DNA of 64,000 nucleotides from Candidatus Uhrbacteria bacterium CG_4_9_14_3_um_filter_41_35 (GCA_002791275.1 PFWT01000009.1:146548-210547); one strand, 5' to 3'. Counted from the stretch's first letter, positions 9,032-19,583 are shown. Notes: generated by a model not told the origin, from the sequence alone. Translations and numbers: made by a program.

Positions 9032-9655
9032 TTACATTTTTTTAATTACAGTCAGTAACTCTTTCACCTTATGAACGACACAAACGGGCGCTCCTAGTTT
9101 TAAAGTCGGTTCTGCTTGATAACCCCAATTAACAGCAATCGCTTGCACGCCTGTCGATTTAGCTTCTTCAATATCACCCAAAGTATCCGTTATAAACAGC
9201 ACCTCGTTTGGCGTGATATTGTACTTTTCTAAATAAGCCATTATTTTTCGTCTTTTGTTTTTATCAATATCACCGCCATACACACTTTCGAAATAATCTA
9301 AGTCATATTTTTTTAGATATCTAGTAATGGGCTCAGAAATTGTTGATGAAATTATACTCATCTGATGCATTTTTACTAATTCAGCAAGCACTTCCTTAAT
9401 ACCTTTCACCGGTTCAATCTCTAAAAGTAGTGGCACATATTTCTTAAAAAACGGATCATTTTCGTCCAAAATATTATCTTCCTGATTTTGATGCATTAAT
9501 ACATCAATCTCTTTCGTGTCGTAGATATTGCCGTTAAAACGAGCCCGATACTCGTTTTCAGACATTTTGTTTGTTAAAAATAAGTTAGTAGTTTCAAACG
9601 CAATTTGAAAAGAATCAACTATAACGCCATCAAAATCGAATAACAGATGTTTCAT
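9032..9655 (-). CDS. HAD-superfamily hydrolase (phosphoglycolate phosphatase-like)
   Basis: FDFDGVIVDS, ITDTLGDI, VNWGY; start moved to ATG at 9655. Confidence 0.85.
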   Translation of the reverse strand: MKHLLFDFDGVIVDSFQIAFETTNLFLTNKMSENEYRARFNGNIYDTKEIDVLMHQNQEDNILDENDPFFKKYVPLLLEIEPVKGIKEVLAELVKMHQMSIISSTISEPITRYLKKYDLDYFESVYGGDIDKNKRRKIMAYLEKYNITPNEVLFITDTLGDIEEAKSTGVQAIAVNWGYQAEPTLKLGAPVCVVHKVKELLTVIKKM

Positions 9656-9709
9656 AGGGCTTAATTTTAACAGACTGCGATAAATTAAAAAAATTATTAT
9701 CAACCAAGA

Positions 9710-9745
9710 AAATCAAAGACGAGGCTAAAGCCCCGTCTTTGATTT
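9710..9745 (-). terminator. Terminator after nrdJ
   Basis: AAATCAAAGACG...CGTCTTTGATTT hairpin. Confidence 0.7.
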
Positions 9746-9761
9746 GTCGTAAAAGCTCAGT

Positions 9762-12700
9762 TTACGAACATCCGCTAGTTGAACCGCAGTTCAAACACTT
9801 ATAGCACGAGGCATTTCGCACCATAATTGAACCGCAAGTGTCGCAAGCGGGCGCGTCTGAAGAGTTATCGAAGGTCATTGTGTGTGCAGACCCTTCTTTT
9901 TCTTCAACCACCTTCACAGCCGACTCCACTGTTTTGTTAACCGCGCTCTTAAAAAGATCTGTTTGCTTAGCAACCTCTGGCACGATTTCCTCGTCTTCCA
10001 GTTCCTGTTCTTCAGCTTTTGAAGGCGAAGTGCCAACACTCATCTGATTCTCTGCGAGCTCGAAATTCACGCCAACCTTCACCTGCTCGTCTCGGCTTAA
10101 GAATTTAAGCGCCATCCAGCGGAAAATGTAATCCACGATCGACTTTGCCATACGGATATTTGGATTGTTTGTAAACCCAGATGGCTCAAAGCGCATATGC
10201 GCAAATTTATTCACCAATACCGGAAGTGGCACGCCGTATTGTAGTGCCATTGAAACACTGGTTGCAAAAGCGTCCATAAGTCCGCTAATTACCGAACCCT
10301 CTTTTGCCATTGTTACAAAGAGCTCACCCGGTGTGCCATCGTCGTAAAGACCGACAGTAATGTAACCCTTGTGTGGCCCGATTGAGAATCGGTGCGTCAG
10401 TGATCGACGTTCGTCTGGCATTCTTCGGCGACGTGCTGAATAATCCGCTGTGGTTACCTTTACAGTTTGTACAGCTGGAGTTGCTTCAGGAGTTTTTTCA
10501 GTCTTTCCCTCCTCTACCTTATTCTTTGAATCGTCATCCTTATTTGAGGTAGTGAGTGCTTGTTGTCGCTTAGATCCGTCGCGGTAAATAGCGATTGCTT
10601 TTAGACCCATCTTCCAGCCTTCCATATACACCTCTTCCACATCCAAAACAGTGGCGTCACTTGGCATATTAACTGTTTTACTGATTGCACCTGAAACAAA
10701 TGGTTGCACGGCTGCCATCATTCGAAGATGACCTAAATAGTGAATTGTTCGCTCCCCGTTTTTCGCCTTGAAAGCACAGTCGAAAACTGGTAAATCCGCT
10801 TCCTTAATGTGCGGTGCGCCTTCGATAGTGTCATTAGCGTCGATGTAAATCATTATTTCGTTGATCTCGAGCGCTGAGTAACCAAGTCTGTCCAAAGCCT
10901 CGGTTACGGTGTTATTCACGATTTTGATCATTCCGCCACCAACTAGCCACTTGTACTTTACTAGCGCAATGTCTGGTTCAACCCCGGTGGTGTCGCAGTC
11001 CATAAGAAAAGCAATAGTACCTGTCGGTGCTAACACAGAAATCTGCGCGTTTCGCAAACCGTGTTTAGAACCGTGGTCAACCACGTTGTCCCAACACTTT
11101 CGAGCTTCGAAAAGTAGATCAGACGGTACACCCTCTGGCTTCATATCGTAAGAAGCCTTGCGGTGCATATGCATTACTTCGAGTGTTGGCACCTCATTTT
11201 TCTTGTAACCAGCGAATGCCCCAATTTTTTCGGCAATCTTTGCGGACTGGTAGTAAGCTTCACCGGAAAGAAGCGACATGATTGCACCTGCCATATTTCG
11301 ACCTGCCTCTGAATCGTATGGCAAACCTCGGCTCATAAGGAGCGCCCCCAGGTTTGCAAAACCAATTCCCAAGGGTCGGTAGTCATAACTGTTTTCTTCG
11401 ATCGCTGGTGTTGGGTAGCTAGAATTTGACACTGCAATTTCCTGAGCAGTAATAATTACCGCAGTGGCCTTTTTGAAAGCCTCTGGATCAAATTCCATTT
11501 TTCCATCCACGCGTTTTCGGAACTTCATTAGGTTAAGTGAAGCCAAGTTACATGCTGAGTCATTAATGAACATGTACTCAGAACAAGGGTTTGATGCGTG
11601 AATACGGTCAGTATTTTTTGCAGTGTGCCACTTGTTGATTATAGTGTCGTACTGAATTCCAGGGTCGCCACAAAGCCAAGCAGCTTCTGCCATTTTTCGG
11701 AAAACATCTTTAGCTCGATATTTGAGTGAGTCGTTTCCTGTTGTTACTTCTTTTGTAACCCACTCAGAATCTTCTAAAACGGCCTGCATAAACTCGTCAT
11801 TAACACGAACCGAGTTGTTTGCGTTTTGGAAAAAGATTGAACTGTACGCATCACCGTTCATCGAGGCATCGTAGCCAGCATCAATTAGCGCCCAAGCTTT
11901 CTTTTCTTCCTTTACTTTACACTCAATAAATTCAACCACATCTGGGTGTTCTACGTTTAGAATCACCATTTTTGCTGCCCGTCTTGTTTTTCCACCACTC
12001 TTCACCACACCAGCAAAGGCATCAAAACCTTTCATGAACGAAACTGGCCCTGAGGATTTTCCGTTTGAACCGCCCAAAAATTCCTGCGTTGATCGAAGTT
12101 TAGAAAGATTACATCCAGCCCCAGAACCTCCCTTAAAGAGCATACTTTCGGTAGTTGCAAGATGCAGAATTGAGCGCATATCGTCCTCAACTGAGTTGAT
12201 AAAACACGCAGAGCACTGAGGATTTGAGTTAACACCAACATTGAACCAAACCGGGCTATTGAAAGCCGCCATCTGATTGATTAGAATGTGGGTTAGCTCG
12301 TCTTCAAAAATCTGTGCGTCCTTTGCTGACTGAAAATAACCGTCCATTCGTCCCCAATTAGCCATTGTTGTTGCAACTCGGCTAATGAGTTGTTTCATAC
12401 TGTTTTCTCGCTCAGGTGTACCAACTTTACCTCGGAAATACTTTTGAGCCACGATATTTGTGGCAGTTTGAGACCAATCTTTTGGTGTTTCAATACCTGT
12501 TTGCTCAAAAACTACTCCGCCTTTTGAATCCTTAATGCTAGCCGTTCGTGACTCCCACTCGATTTCATCGTATGGGTGAACGTTTTCTTTAGTAAAATAT
12601 CGATTAAACACTATTCCCTTACCATAAACTGGCACGCCGGTTTTGTTGGTAGAAGTATTTTGTTTAAAAACCATGTACTTTTTAGCCACATGGATGAGGT

Positions 12701-13007
12701 TGTTGTCTATAAGGGTCATCGACACCACTTCCCGAATATCCCCAGTGCTTGGTGTTTTGTGACCGTTATAGATCTTCTGCAAACGCGCAACGACCTGGCT
12801 AGAGATCTTGTCTGTGCGTGACTCTTCTGCAATTCCAGCAGATTTCATTGCTTCAAAAATTGAATTGCGGAGTTTGTTTGGACTAAATTCCACCTGACCA
12901 CCAGATTTCTTTGTTACATTTTTAATTGAGGTCATATAATCCCAAACTGTTTCAGAAATTTTCGAAGCACCACCCTCTTGCTTCGTCTGAATTTTTTGTT
13001 CGCTCAT
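9762..13007 (-). CDS. nrdJ: Vitamin B12-dependent class II ribonucleotide reductase with N-terminal ATP cone and C-terminal TSCPD/Zn-ribbon
   Basis: FNSPVWFN, QCSACF, GGKTRRAA, SNPCSE, APTGTI, SGAISKTVN, YRDG, CxxC...CxxC tail. Confidence 0.96.
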   Translation of the reverse strand: MSEQKIQTKQEGGASKISETVWDYMTSIKNVTKKSGGQVEFSPNKLRNSIFEAMKSAGIAEESRTDKISSQVVARLQKIYNGHKTPSTGDIREVVSMTLIDNNLIHVAKKYMVFKQNTSTNKTGVPVYGKGIVFNRYFTKENVHPYDEIEWESRTASIKDSKGGVVFEQTGIETPKDWSQTATNIVAQKYFRGKVGTPERENSMKQLISRVATTMANWGRMDGYFQSAKDAQIFEDELTHILINQMAAFNSPVWFNVGVNSNPQCSACFINSVEDDMRSILHLATTESMLFKGGSGAGCNLSKLRSTQEFLGGSNGKSSGPVSFMKGFDAFAGVVKSGGKTRRAAKMVILNVEHPDVVEFIECKVKEEKKAWALIDAGYDASMNGDAYSSIFFQNANNSVRVNDEFMQAVLEDSEWVTKEVTTGNDSLKYRAKDVFRKMAEAAWLCGDPGIQYDTIINKWHTAKNTDRIHASNPCSEYMFINDSACNLASLNLMKFRKRVDGKMEFDPEAFKKATAVIITAQEIAVSNSSYPTPAIEENSYDYRPLGIGFANLGALLMSRGLPYDSEAGRNMAGAIMSLLSGEAYYQSAKIAEKIGAFAGYKKNEVPTLEVMHMHRKASYDMKPEGVPSDLLFEARKCWDNVVDHGSKHGLRNAQISVLAPTGTIAFLMDCDTTGVEPDIALVKYKWLVGGGMIKIVNNTVTEALDRLGYSALEINEIMIYIDANDTIEGAPHIKEADLPVFDCAFKAKNGERTIHYLGHLRMMAAVQPFVSGAISKTVNMPSDATVLDVEEVYMEGWKMGLKAIAIYRDGSKRQQALTTSNKDDDSKNKVEEGKTEKTPEATPAVQTVKVTTADYSARRRRMPDERRSLTHRFSIGPHKGYITVGLYDDGTPGELFVTMAKEGSVISGLMDAFATSVSMALQYGVPLPVLVNKFAHMRFEPSGFTNNPNIRMAKSIVDYIFRWMALKFLSRDEQVKVGVNFELAENQMSVGTSPSKAEEQELEDEEIVPEVAKQTDLFKSAVNKTVESAVKVVEEKEGSAHTMTFDNSSDAPACDTCGSIMVRNASCYKCLNCGSTSGCS

Positions 13008-13109
13008 AGCATTTGCGGATAAAATTAATTAGATGATTACGGTTATGAATTCGAGGCGAAAAAAATTGACCCCCTGACGGGATCCCACTCTTTGCCCCCG
13101 AACCTTATA

Positions 13110-13157
13110 ACACCATATGTTGTGTCTCCAAAAGGATTGTACCACAACATATAGTGT
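13110..13157. promoter_or_regulatory. Tandem NrdR boxes upstream of nrdJ
   Basis: ACACCATATGTTGTGT (13110-13125) and CCACAACATATAGTGT (13142-13157), starts 32 bp apart; fit acaCwAtATaTwGtgt consensus. Confidence 0.88.
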
Positions 13158-13172
13158 CTCTCGATACCTAAT

Positions 13173-13181
13173 TGTGGATAA
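13173..13181. promoter_or_regulatory. DnaA box
   Basis: TGTGGATAA (reverse of TTATCCACA) beside NrdR boxes. Confidence 0.55.
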
Positions 13182-13219
13182 GGTGCGAGTAAGTTTGGTT
13201 GCTATTTTGAATTCAAGTT

Positions 13220-13810
13220 TTAGAATCCCATACTTAAATTAATGACTGGTTTTTCTTCTTTAACCTCAGCGAAATCTATGTTCACCTGCCGTCTCTGACC
13301 CGTTCGGTCGTCAAATAAAACATAGCCGTTCCTCTTTCCAAACTCATAAACTTCCTTGGTCACTTTCACGTCTTGCTGACAGTAATTAATTACCTCTTGA
13401 ACCTTACCCTCTCGCCACCACTGCACCGCAAGTAGTCCGTGGGCACTTTTTTTGATGCCAATTGAAGCTACGGCTACGTCGTCGAGCTTTATTCTGTAGC
13501 CTAAAGACTGGTGAATATGCGCAAGCATATCGCACTGGGGAATATTCATTAGATCACCAACATAATATTTGTTCAGCACCGGAATATCGAAACCTATTGT
13601 GTTGTAGCCAATAATTCGACCATTTCGCTCCAGTCTTTCAAATAACTTTGGTAAATCCTCGACTAAATAGGATTCATATTCGTCTGTAGCGTAGTAATAA
13701 GCAACAACCACAGAAACATCTAGCTTTTCTGGAAAATAACCCCCAACATCCTGAAAAGTATTAGAGGTTTCAATATCTAAAACAACTTCATTACTTACTT
13801 CATTATTCAT
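13220..13810 (-). CDS. DEDD/RNase H-like 3'-5' exonuclease (YprB/RNase_H_2-like)
   Basis: LDIET, GYNTIGFD, LDDV, YCQQDV acidic motifs. Confidence 0.82.
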   Translation of the reverse strand: MNNEVSNEVVLDIETSNTFQDVGGYFPEKLDVSVVVAYYYATDEYESYLVEDLPKLFERLERNGRIIGYNTIGFDIPVLNKYYVGDLMNIPQCDMLAHIHQSLGYRIKLDDVAVASIGIKKSAHGLLAVQWWREGKVQEVINYCQQDVKVTKEVYEFGKRNGYVLFDDRTGQRRQVNIDFAEVKEEKPVINLSMGF

Positions 13811-13960
13811 AGTGCGAGTATTGTATCATATTAAAACTTCATTCGTTAAGTTAAGTTATTAAGGCTAATTTACCGTAAATAATGGAGGTTAACCAAAAAT
13901 ATTTTTTAATAAAAAAGCTCGGCACCACTTAGGTTACCAAGCTTAAGTTATGCGAAAGCG

Positions 13961-14182
13961 TTAACTTACATAGATAGTGACGGGGTAGATAACCCCGTCG
14001 TGCAGAAATGTCTTTTCTGTAGTCGCCTCGGCACTTGTGGCCCAAACGACAATTTCAGGGGTTGCCTCGCCGACAATTGTCGGCTGCACCGCCTCGAGCC
14101 ATAACTCGTTGCGGAGCTTCTCAGCCAGCGCCCGTGCAGCCCGTAACAAACGAGTGTTTGGCGGGCAATATTCAGCTTTCAT
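13961..14182 (-). CDS. Small hypothetical protein (ORFan)
   Basis: GGAGGT SD before ATG at 14182; TTGACA-17-TAGTTT at 14228-14200. Confidence 0.6.
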   Translation of the reverse strand: MKAEYCPPNTRLLRAARALAEKLRNELWLEAVQPTIVGEATPEIVVWATSAEATTEKTFLHDGVIYPVTIYVS

Positions 14183-14324
14183 CTCTACCTCCACATTCTA
14201 AACTAGCAAGCAAATTGATAAATGTCAAGCTGTTCTTAGTTTGATTGATAAAAATTTAAACTAAAATTAGCCCATTATTGACAATACCAACTTTTTCACT
14301 TAATGTTGCAGAAAGGAGGAAAAA

Positions 14325-14738
14325 GTGGAAAATTATATTTTAGCACTTGCACTCGATAAACTCATCGATCGCGTCCTTGAAAACAAGCTAGCCCTCACGG
14401 CCTTGCGGAATACTCTACAGACCTGTGAACAGCTGGCGCTTCGAGAACAAACGGGCCGGAGAAACCTAGTATTTTGGTCAAACTTTGGCCAATACTTTGA
14501 TCAACACTGGTCAGACGCAGATCTTGAAACAGACGAAGCTGATCCCGAGATCGTGATCTACTTCATCGAACTCGTAAAAGAGTCAGTACCGGCACTTCGT
14601 GCACTTGCGGTCGCACAAAAAAACGCTAGCCTCCTAGCTAAAAACGAGGGGAAAAACAGTGAAGAAGCCTTCTGGGCCAACTTCGGAGACAACTTCACTT
14701 CGGCCTGGCTACAGCCAGATGAAGTCATTGTAGCCTAA
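14325..14738 (+). CDS. Hypothetical protein with internal duplicated motif
   Basis: TTGACA-17-TAATGT (14278-14306), AGGAGG SD, GTG start; FWSNFGQYF/FWANFGDNF. Confidence 0.7.
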   Translation: MENYILALALDKLIDRVLENKLALTALRNTLQTCEQLALREQTGRRNLVFWSNFGQYFDQHWSDADLETDEADPEIVIYFIELVKESVPALRALAVAQKNASLLAKNEGKNSEEAFWANFGDNFTSAWLQPDEVIVA

Positions 14739-14773
14739 CTCAAAGGAGCATCCGCAGATGCCCCTTTTTTTAT

Positions 14774-16177
14774 TTACTCAAGTGAACTTGCCGCTCCAGC
14801 TATCGCTTCTGAGTATGAGGGATAAGCATGAATCATATTTGCTAGCACATCAACTCTACAGTCAACCTCCATCGCAAACGCAATTTCGTGAATTAACTCC
14901 CCGGCCCGTTCGCCGATAATATGGCCTCCTAAAATTTTTCGTGTTTTTTTGTCGACAATAATTTTTACAAGCCCTCTCCGGTCACGTTCTGTTACAGCTC
15001 GACCAAGCGCACCAATTGGGAATCGACCAATCAAAACCTCTTTTTTAAGCATTCCAGCTGTATCTGAAGTTATACCAACCGAAGCCACTTCCGGGTTTGT
15101 AAACGTAACCCTTGGTACAACTCTCATATCTCGCTTCAAGCGTGATTTTTGTTTTTCTAAAAAGTTAACAACATTATTCCCAGCAATCGCGCCTTCGGTG
15201 CGAGCTGTGTGCGTAAAAAGAAATCCTCCCGAAACATCACCAGCTGTAAAAATATGTTTAGCACTGGTTTGTAAGTCTTCCGTAACCTTAAGCCGACCAC
15301 GATCATCGACCTTTACTTTAGCGTTTTCGAGTTTGAGTTCTGAAACATTAGCTCGCTTTCCAGCTGCAACCATTACCTCATCAACAATAATATGTTCTCT
15401 TTGATGTTTACCCTCATCAAAAGTAACCCGTTTTCTGCGACCATATTTTTCAACACTTAGAGTTTTTGTATCTACATACACCTCCACCCCATTTTTCATT
15501 AACTCATGAGTAGCCAAATTCGCAATTTCAACATCTTCTCTAATTAGAATCGTTGGGTCGAGTTGAAGAATATGAACTTTGACACCAAAAGTACTGAAAA
15601 AAGTTGCAAATTCACAAGAAACCGCCCCACCACCAATTATTGCAATTGATTTTGGCAGTTTCTTCATTTTCATTATGTCTTTATAACTAATAAAACCAAG
15701 TTCCGTTAGACCTGCAATCGGTGGAATAAAATCAATCGCGCCAGTTGCAATCACAAAAGCTTTGGCAGTGTATTTTTTTTTCTCTACAACTATTGTATTT
15801 TGATCTAGGAAAACCGCTTTACCTTTTACCGTTTGAATACCAAATTCCTTAGCCAATCGGGGAATTTTTTGACCGTGGCTAGTTATTAAATCTACGATTT
15901 TATTTTTTTCTGCCATTATATTTGCAAAACTGAAACCGACACTGCCAGCACTAATTCCAAAATCTTCTAAATTTTTTGTAACTTCCCGGTATCTTTTGGC
16001 GGATTTAAGCAGGGCCTTAGTAGGAATACAGGCGCTGTTTGGACACTCGCCGCCCCAGTCTCCTGACTCTATTACCAAAACTTTAGCGCCACGAGCCTGG
16101 GCGGTTTCAGCTGCAGAAAAACCAGCTGAACCAGAACCAATCACAATCACATCAAATTTATTTTTCCCCCTTTTCAT
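14774..16177 (-). CDS. Pyridine nucleotide-disulfide oxidoreductase (dihydrolipoamide dehydrogenase-like)
   Basis: GSGSAG, GGECPNSACIPTK, GGGAV, AGDV, HAYPSYSE. Confidence 0.88.
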   Translation of the reverse strand: MKRGKNKFDVIVIGSGSAGFSAAETAQARGAKVLVIESGDWGGECPNSACIPTKALLKSAKRYREVTKNLEDFGISAGSVGFSFANIMAEKNKIVDLITSHGQKIPRLAKEFGIQTVKGKAVFLDQNTIVVEKKKYTAKAFVIATGAIDFIPPIAGLTELGFISYKDIMKMKKLPKSIAIIGGGAVSCEFATFFSTFGVKVHILQLDPTILIREDVEIANLATHELMKNGVEVYVDTKTLSVEKYGRRKRVTFDEGKHQREHIIVDEVMVAAGKRANVSELKLENAKVKVDDRGRLKVTEDLQTSAKHIFTAGDVSGGFLFTHTARTEGAIAGNNVVNFLEKQKSRLKRDMRVVPRVTFTNPEVASVGITSDTAGMLKKEVLIGRFPIGALGRAVTERDRRGLVKIIVDKKTRKILGGHIIGERAGELIHEIAFAMEVDCRVDVLANMIHAYPSYSEAIAGAASSLE

Positions 16178-16192
16178 AATATATTGTTAAAA

Positions 16193-17191
16193 CTACAACT
16201 CACGACTAAGTAATAATTCTGCTCCATCCCATAGTCGAGCGTCGTTGTTAACCTTTAAAAAATACCACCACTCTATACCCCACAAGTATACCTCATCTGC
16301 GCCAGTTCTTTTAGCGAAGACTAGATTCTCAGCTAAATTCTCAAGAGTAAACTCAGCGTAAGCTTTGTCTAAATTATTAGTTATTGGGTATATATAACTA
16401 CCTACACCCCAAGGCTCAGCCTGCAGTTCGGAAATTATAACCTTATCTACAAAAATATTAGCAACCCTGCGTTGAATATTGTACATAAGCGCCGTGTACG
16501 GAAAAATTATTTCACCGAAATTTTTGTCATAAACTTTTCGGTACAAACTCACCCCTAAAACGTCAGCCGGCAGAGCTCGCCAGACCCAAAGTGACTGTTC
16601 ACCACTGACCGTGAGTTGAATCGGCTTATCGTCCATTGCTCTAACTAGATTTATTTCGTTTTGAATCAAGCCAGGGTTTAGTTGTAAACATTTGCCGAAC
16701 GGAAAAAATGATTCATTTTCTATTTGCCATCTTTCAACATTTTCAGAATCCCTGTAACGATTAACAGTAGCCTCAATAAACTCCATTATTTCGTAATCAC
16801 GCTCTTGCTCCTGCATTTTTTCTGCCCAGTCGGGAATAAAACATTCTGGCCAACGTGGAACTTTTTGACCAATAACTAAGGTAAGTTTTAAGTCATTTGC
16901 CCTTGCAATTTCCATTATTTTGTCCATTTCTGTGTAATCGTAAACATTATTCACTCGTTCGATTTCCGACCAGTAAATTGGTACTCGATATTTTTTTATA
17001 CCAAGATCTGAAATTGAAGCCTGAAGTACCTCAATCGGATCAAGACCCAATTCTTTCGAGTAAGTAGTTGAAAGCGTTGCGCCTATTTCTAAATTTGTAT
17101 TATTATTTTTAAAAACCAAAACACTGATTGTTGTAAACATTAAAACAATCAAGGCAAATATTAGAGTAACTCTACCCCATTTTCTGTTCAT
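16193..17191 (-). CDS. Membrane-anchored clan GH-A glycoside hydrolase-like protein
   Basis: N-terminal TM; YWSEIE, WQIENE (acid/base), ISELQAEPW (nucleophile). Confidence 0.7.
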   Translation of the reverse strand: MNRKWGRVTLIFALIVLMFTTISVLVFKNNNTNLEIGATLSTTYSKELGLDPIEVLQASISDLGIKKYRVPIYWSEIERVNNVYDYTEMDKIMEIARANDLKLTLVIGQKVPRWPECFIPDWAEKMQEQERDYEIMEFIEATVNRYRDSENVERWQIENESFFPFGKCLQLNPGLIQNEINLVRAMDDKPIQLTVSGEQSLWVWRALPADVLGVSLYRKVYDKNFGEIIFPYTALMYNIQRRVANIFVDKVIISELQAEPWGVGSYIYPITNNLDKAYAEFTLENLAENLVFAKRTGADEVYLWGIEWWYFLKVNNDARLWDGAELLLSREL

Positions 17192-17239
17192 AAGCTGAGT
17201 GATACAGACTCAGGCCGCTATTTTGACCCTGAACCAGAC

Positions 17240-18811
17240 TTAAATCTCGTCCTTTTTTTCGCGCACAAAAGAAATCCAACTCTCTACAAAGCGAATAGCA
17301 ACTTTAAGCGGTGCTTCGATGATGAAATCGAAAAAATAAATAAAGATATTGATTTTTGAAACATTGTGCGAAAGCCAGCGCCCTGCGATCACAAGAGGCA
17401 ACATAAAGAAATCAAAAAGTGTGCCGATTAGTCCGCTACGGGCGTCTGAAAGCACAACTTCTTTGGTTGACATTCTAATTCTGATACCAAAGAAAGTAAC
17501 CAGCGAAATAAAGAAGAGGAAGAGAGCAACAGAAAGCCAGGTGAAATTAAAGCCAACCAAAACGAAGCCGATCAGTCCGTAGGTAAAGAGGTACATTAAA
17601 GTGTAGGTGAAGCCAAAAAGCTTTGACCAAGCTCCGAAGCTACTTGCCTTAACCTTCACATTCAAGAGGTCGTGATCAGCACTCACAGAAAGTGCCCGCA
17701 CAGCGCTCTGGTAGTCGGTGGTATTTTTTCGTTCCTTAATACCAATTGTCAAACCAATAACAGCCAAGAATAATGGGTGGAATAGGATATTTACAAGCAA
17801 CGGAGTTGCGCTAATTTCGCCATACATTACTAAATCATATGGTACCTCGAGCGCCAAAGCTAACAACATTTTAGTGAGGAACAAAAATAGCACAGCTCTA
17901 AGCACTGTTCTTTGTAAACGTTTTCTAAATACTGTTGTTCGTTTTTTTAACTGCCTAGCAACAGCGCGATCGAGTAAATCTGGGTCGTCGAGTAGCGCAG
18001 GAAATTGCTTTGGTTCTTGCTCAATCGTATCTCTAATTACTCTAAACACGCCAGCTTTTCGTCGTAGCAAGAGTGATAACTTTCCAGTAACCGGATGCGA
18101 AAGCTGTCGTTCGATCAAGGCAATAACCGACTTGAGGTTTTTTGTAATATCTTCTATTTGTTCACGATTTGATGCGCCTGGCCAATCCGGATAGTAAAGC
18201 GTCAGAACTCTAAAACGCAAAGTTGCCTGATTTGACCTGAGTAAAATTTGATGAATCGCAATATACAGCAATAAATCCTTATCCTCACTTGATAAAACAA
18301 TCCGCGGATCCCACTCAATTCTGGACCGCATTTCTTCGTACATATAACTCACCAGAGCTTCATCTCCAACTGGTGGTGTAATTGCGTATTCAACTTCTGT
18401 TGAGAGAACATCGATGACCCAGTTAAAGGCATCCTCGCGTTTTTCGCCAAAGTCTTCGGTGGCTCGAAGTAGTGGTTCGTACTTCATGAAAATCGGAATG
18501 AGCTCATCTATAAGACGCGCCGGCACCTCTTTATTTGGGAGATACCTAGCCCAAATCAGCTCGCGAAGTAAGTCGCCAGCCATATTTTCAATTGGTACAT
18601 CTGAACCAATATACCGCTTAATAATTCGCAAAATTGCGTTACGCCGCAATAAGTGCTCCTCCTGATAATCGATCGAGGTTCTGAGCTTTTCGTAAATTGT
18701 AGCAGCTGTGCTAGCCGGTGCGCTCACTTCAATCATTTCCTCCCCCGCACTTTCTCCAAAACCAACCGGCCTGGCCAGTTGCGCTGTAAGACGAGTTAAT
18801 TTTTCAGACAT
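17240..18811 (-). CDS. Hypothetical membrane protein
   Basis: 523 aa, soluble N-half and multiple C-terminal TM helices. Confidence 0.75.
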   Translation of the reverse strand: MSEKLTRLTAQLARPVGFGESAGEEMIEVSAPASTAATIYEKLRTSIDYQEEHLLRRNAILRIIKRYIGSDVPIENMAGDLLRELIWARYLPNKEVPARLIDELIPIFMKYEPLLRATEDFGEKREDAFNWVIDVLSTEVEYAITPPVGDEALVSYMYEEMRSRIEWDPRIVLSSEDKDLLLYIAIHQILLRSNQATLRFRVLTLYYPDWPGASNREQIEDITKNLKSVIALIERQLSHPVTGKLSLLLRRKAGVFRVIRDTIEQEPKQFPALLDDPDLLDRAVARQLKKRTTVFRKRLQRTVLRAVLFLFLTKMLLALALEVPYDLVMYGEISATPLLVNILFHPLFLAVIGLTIGIKERKNTTDYQSAVRALSVSADHDLLNVKVKASSFGAWSKLFGFTYTLMYLFTYGLIGFVLVGFNFTWLSVALFLFFISLVTFFGIRIRMSTKEVVLSDARSGLIGTLFDFFMLPLVIAGRWLSHNVSKINIFIYFFDFIIEAPLKVAIRFVESWISFVREKKDEI

Positions 18812-18836
18812 ATAGGCGTGAGGTCAGAAATTATTT

Positions 18837-19583
18837 TTAAAAGAAAGTTCGAGGACAAGAATCTTTAACTAGATCAAAAGCCTCTTCCGCCGTATCCACT
18901 ACCTGAAAAATATCCATATCTTCTCGATTAATGGTATCGAACTCTGCGTAAAGAACATCCTCAATCCACTTAATTAAACCACCCCAATATTCTTTACCAA
19001 CTAAAACCACCGGGACTTGAATTGCTTTTTTTGTTTGAATAAGTGTGAGAATTTCAAACAGCTCATCTTGGGTACCAAAACCACCCGGGAAGTAAATATA
19101 GGCTTGAGCCGAGGCTGCCAAAATCACCTTTCGGGTGAAGAAGTAGTAAAAAGCTCGTGATTTGTTCACAAATGGGTTTACTCGCTGTTCGTTTGGTAAT
19201 TGAATATTAAGACCAACCGAAACTCCGCCAGCTTCCGCAGCACCTTTATTTGCCGCCTCCATAATACCAGGACCACCGCCAGTTACTACCGTAAAGCCAT
19301 CTTGTGCCAATAAACGACCCATCTTCTCTGCTTCCTGATACCATCTGTTACTTGCCGGCAGTCGAGCCGATCCCATGATGGTCACCTCTTTGTCGAGGTG
19401 AGAGAGGAACTGAAAGCCTTCAACGAATTCAGACATTATTCTAAAAATCCGCCAAGTAATTTCAGACATTCTTGGCTCTGCGCCAGGTATTTTGAGATCC
19501 TTTTCTTCTTCCGTAAAAGGAATCCGGCAGATATTTACCTTTTCTATTTTTTTATTATTTGATTTTCCATTCATAATACTCAT
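18837..19583 (-). CDS. LOG family (TIGR00730) nucleotide monophosphate nucleosidase
   Basis: GSAR, TGGGPGIMEAAN, FFTRK, PGGFGTQDE. Confidence 0.92.
   Translation of the reverse strand: MSIMNGKSNNKKIEKVNICRIPFTEEEKDLKIPGAEPRMSEITWRIFRIMSEFVEGFQFLSHLDKEVTIMGSARLPASNRWYQEAEKMGRLLAQDGFTVVTGGGPGIMEAANKGAAEAGGVSVGLNIQLPNEQRVNPFVNKSRAFYYFFTRKVILAASAQAYIYFPGGFGTQDELFEILTLIQTKKAIQVPVVLVGKEYWGGLIKWIEDVLYAEFDTINREDMDIFQVVDTAEEAFDLVKDSCPRTFF

Noticed and set aside
9762-13007. Intein or intron in nrdJ
   Set aside because: Length explained by ATP cone, TSCPD domain and linkers; no splice motifs seen
13008-13110. Cobalamin riboswitch upstream of nrdJ
   Set aside because: No B12 box or GGGAA/GCCACTG core; NrdR boxes explain regulation
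14774-16177. Mercuric reductase MerA
   Set aside because: No C-terminal Cys-Cys pair and no mer genes
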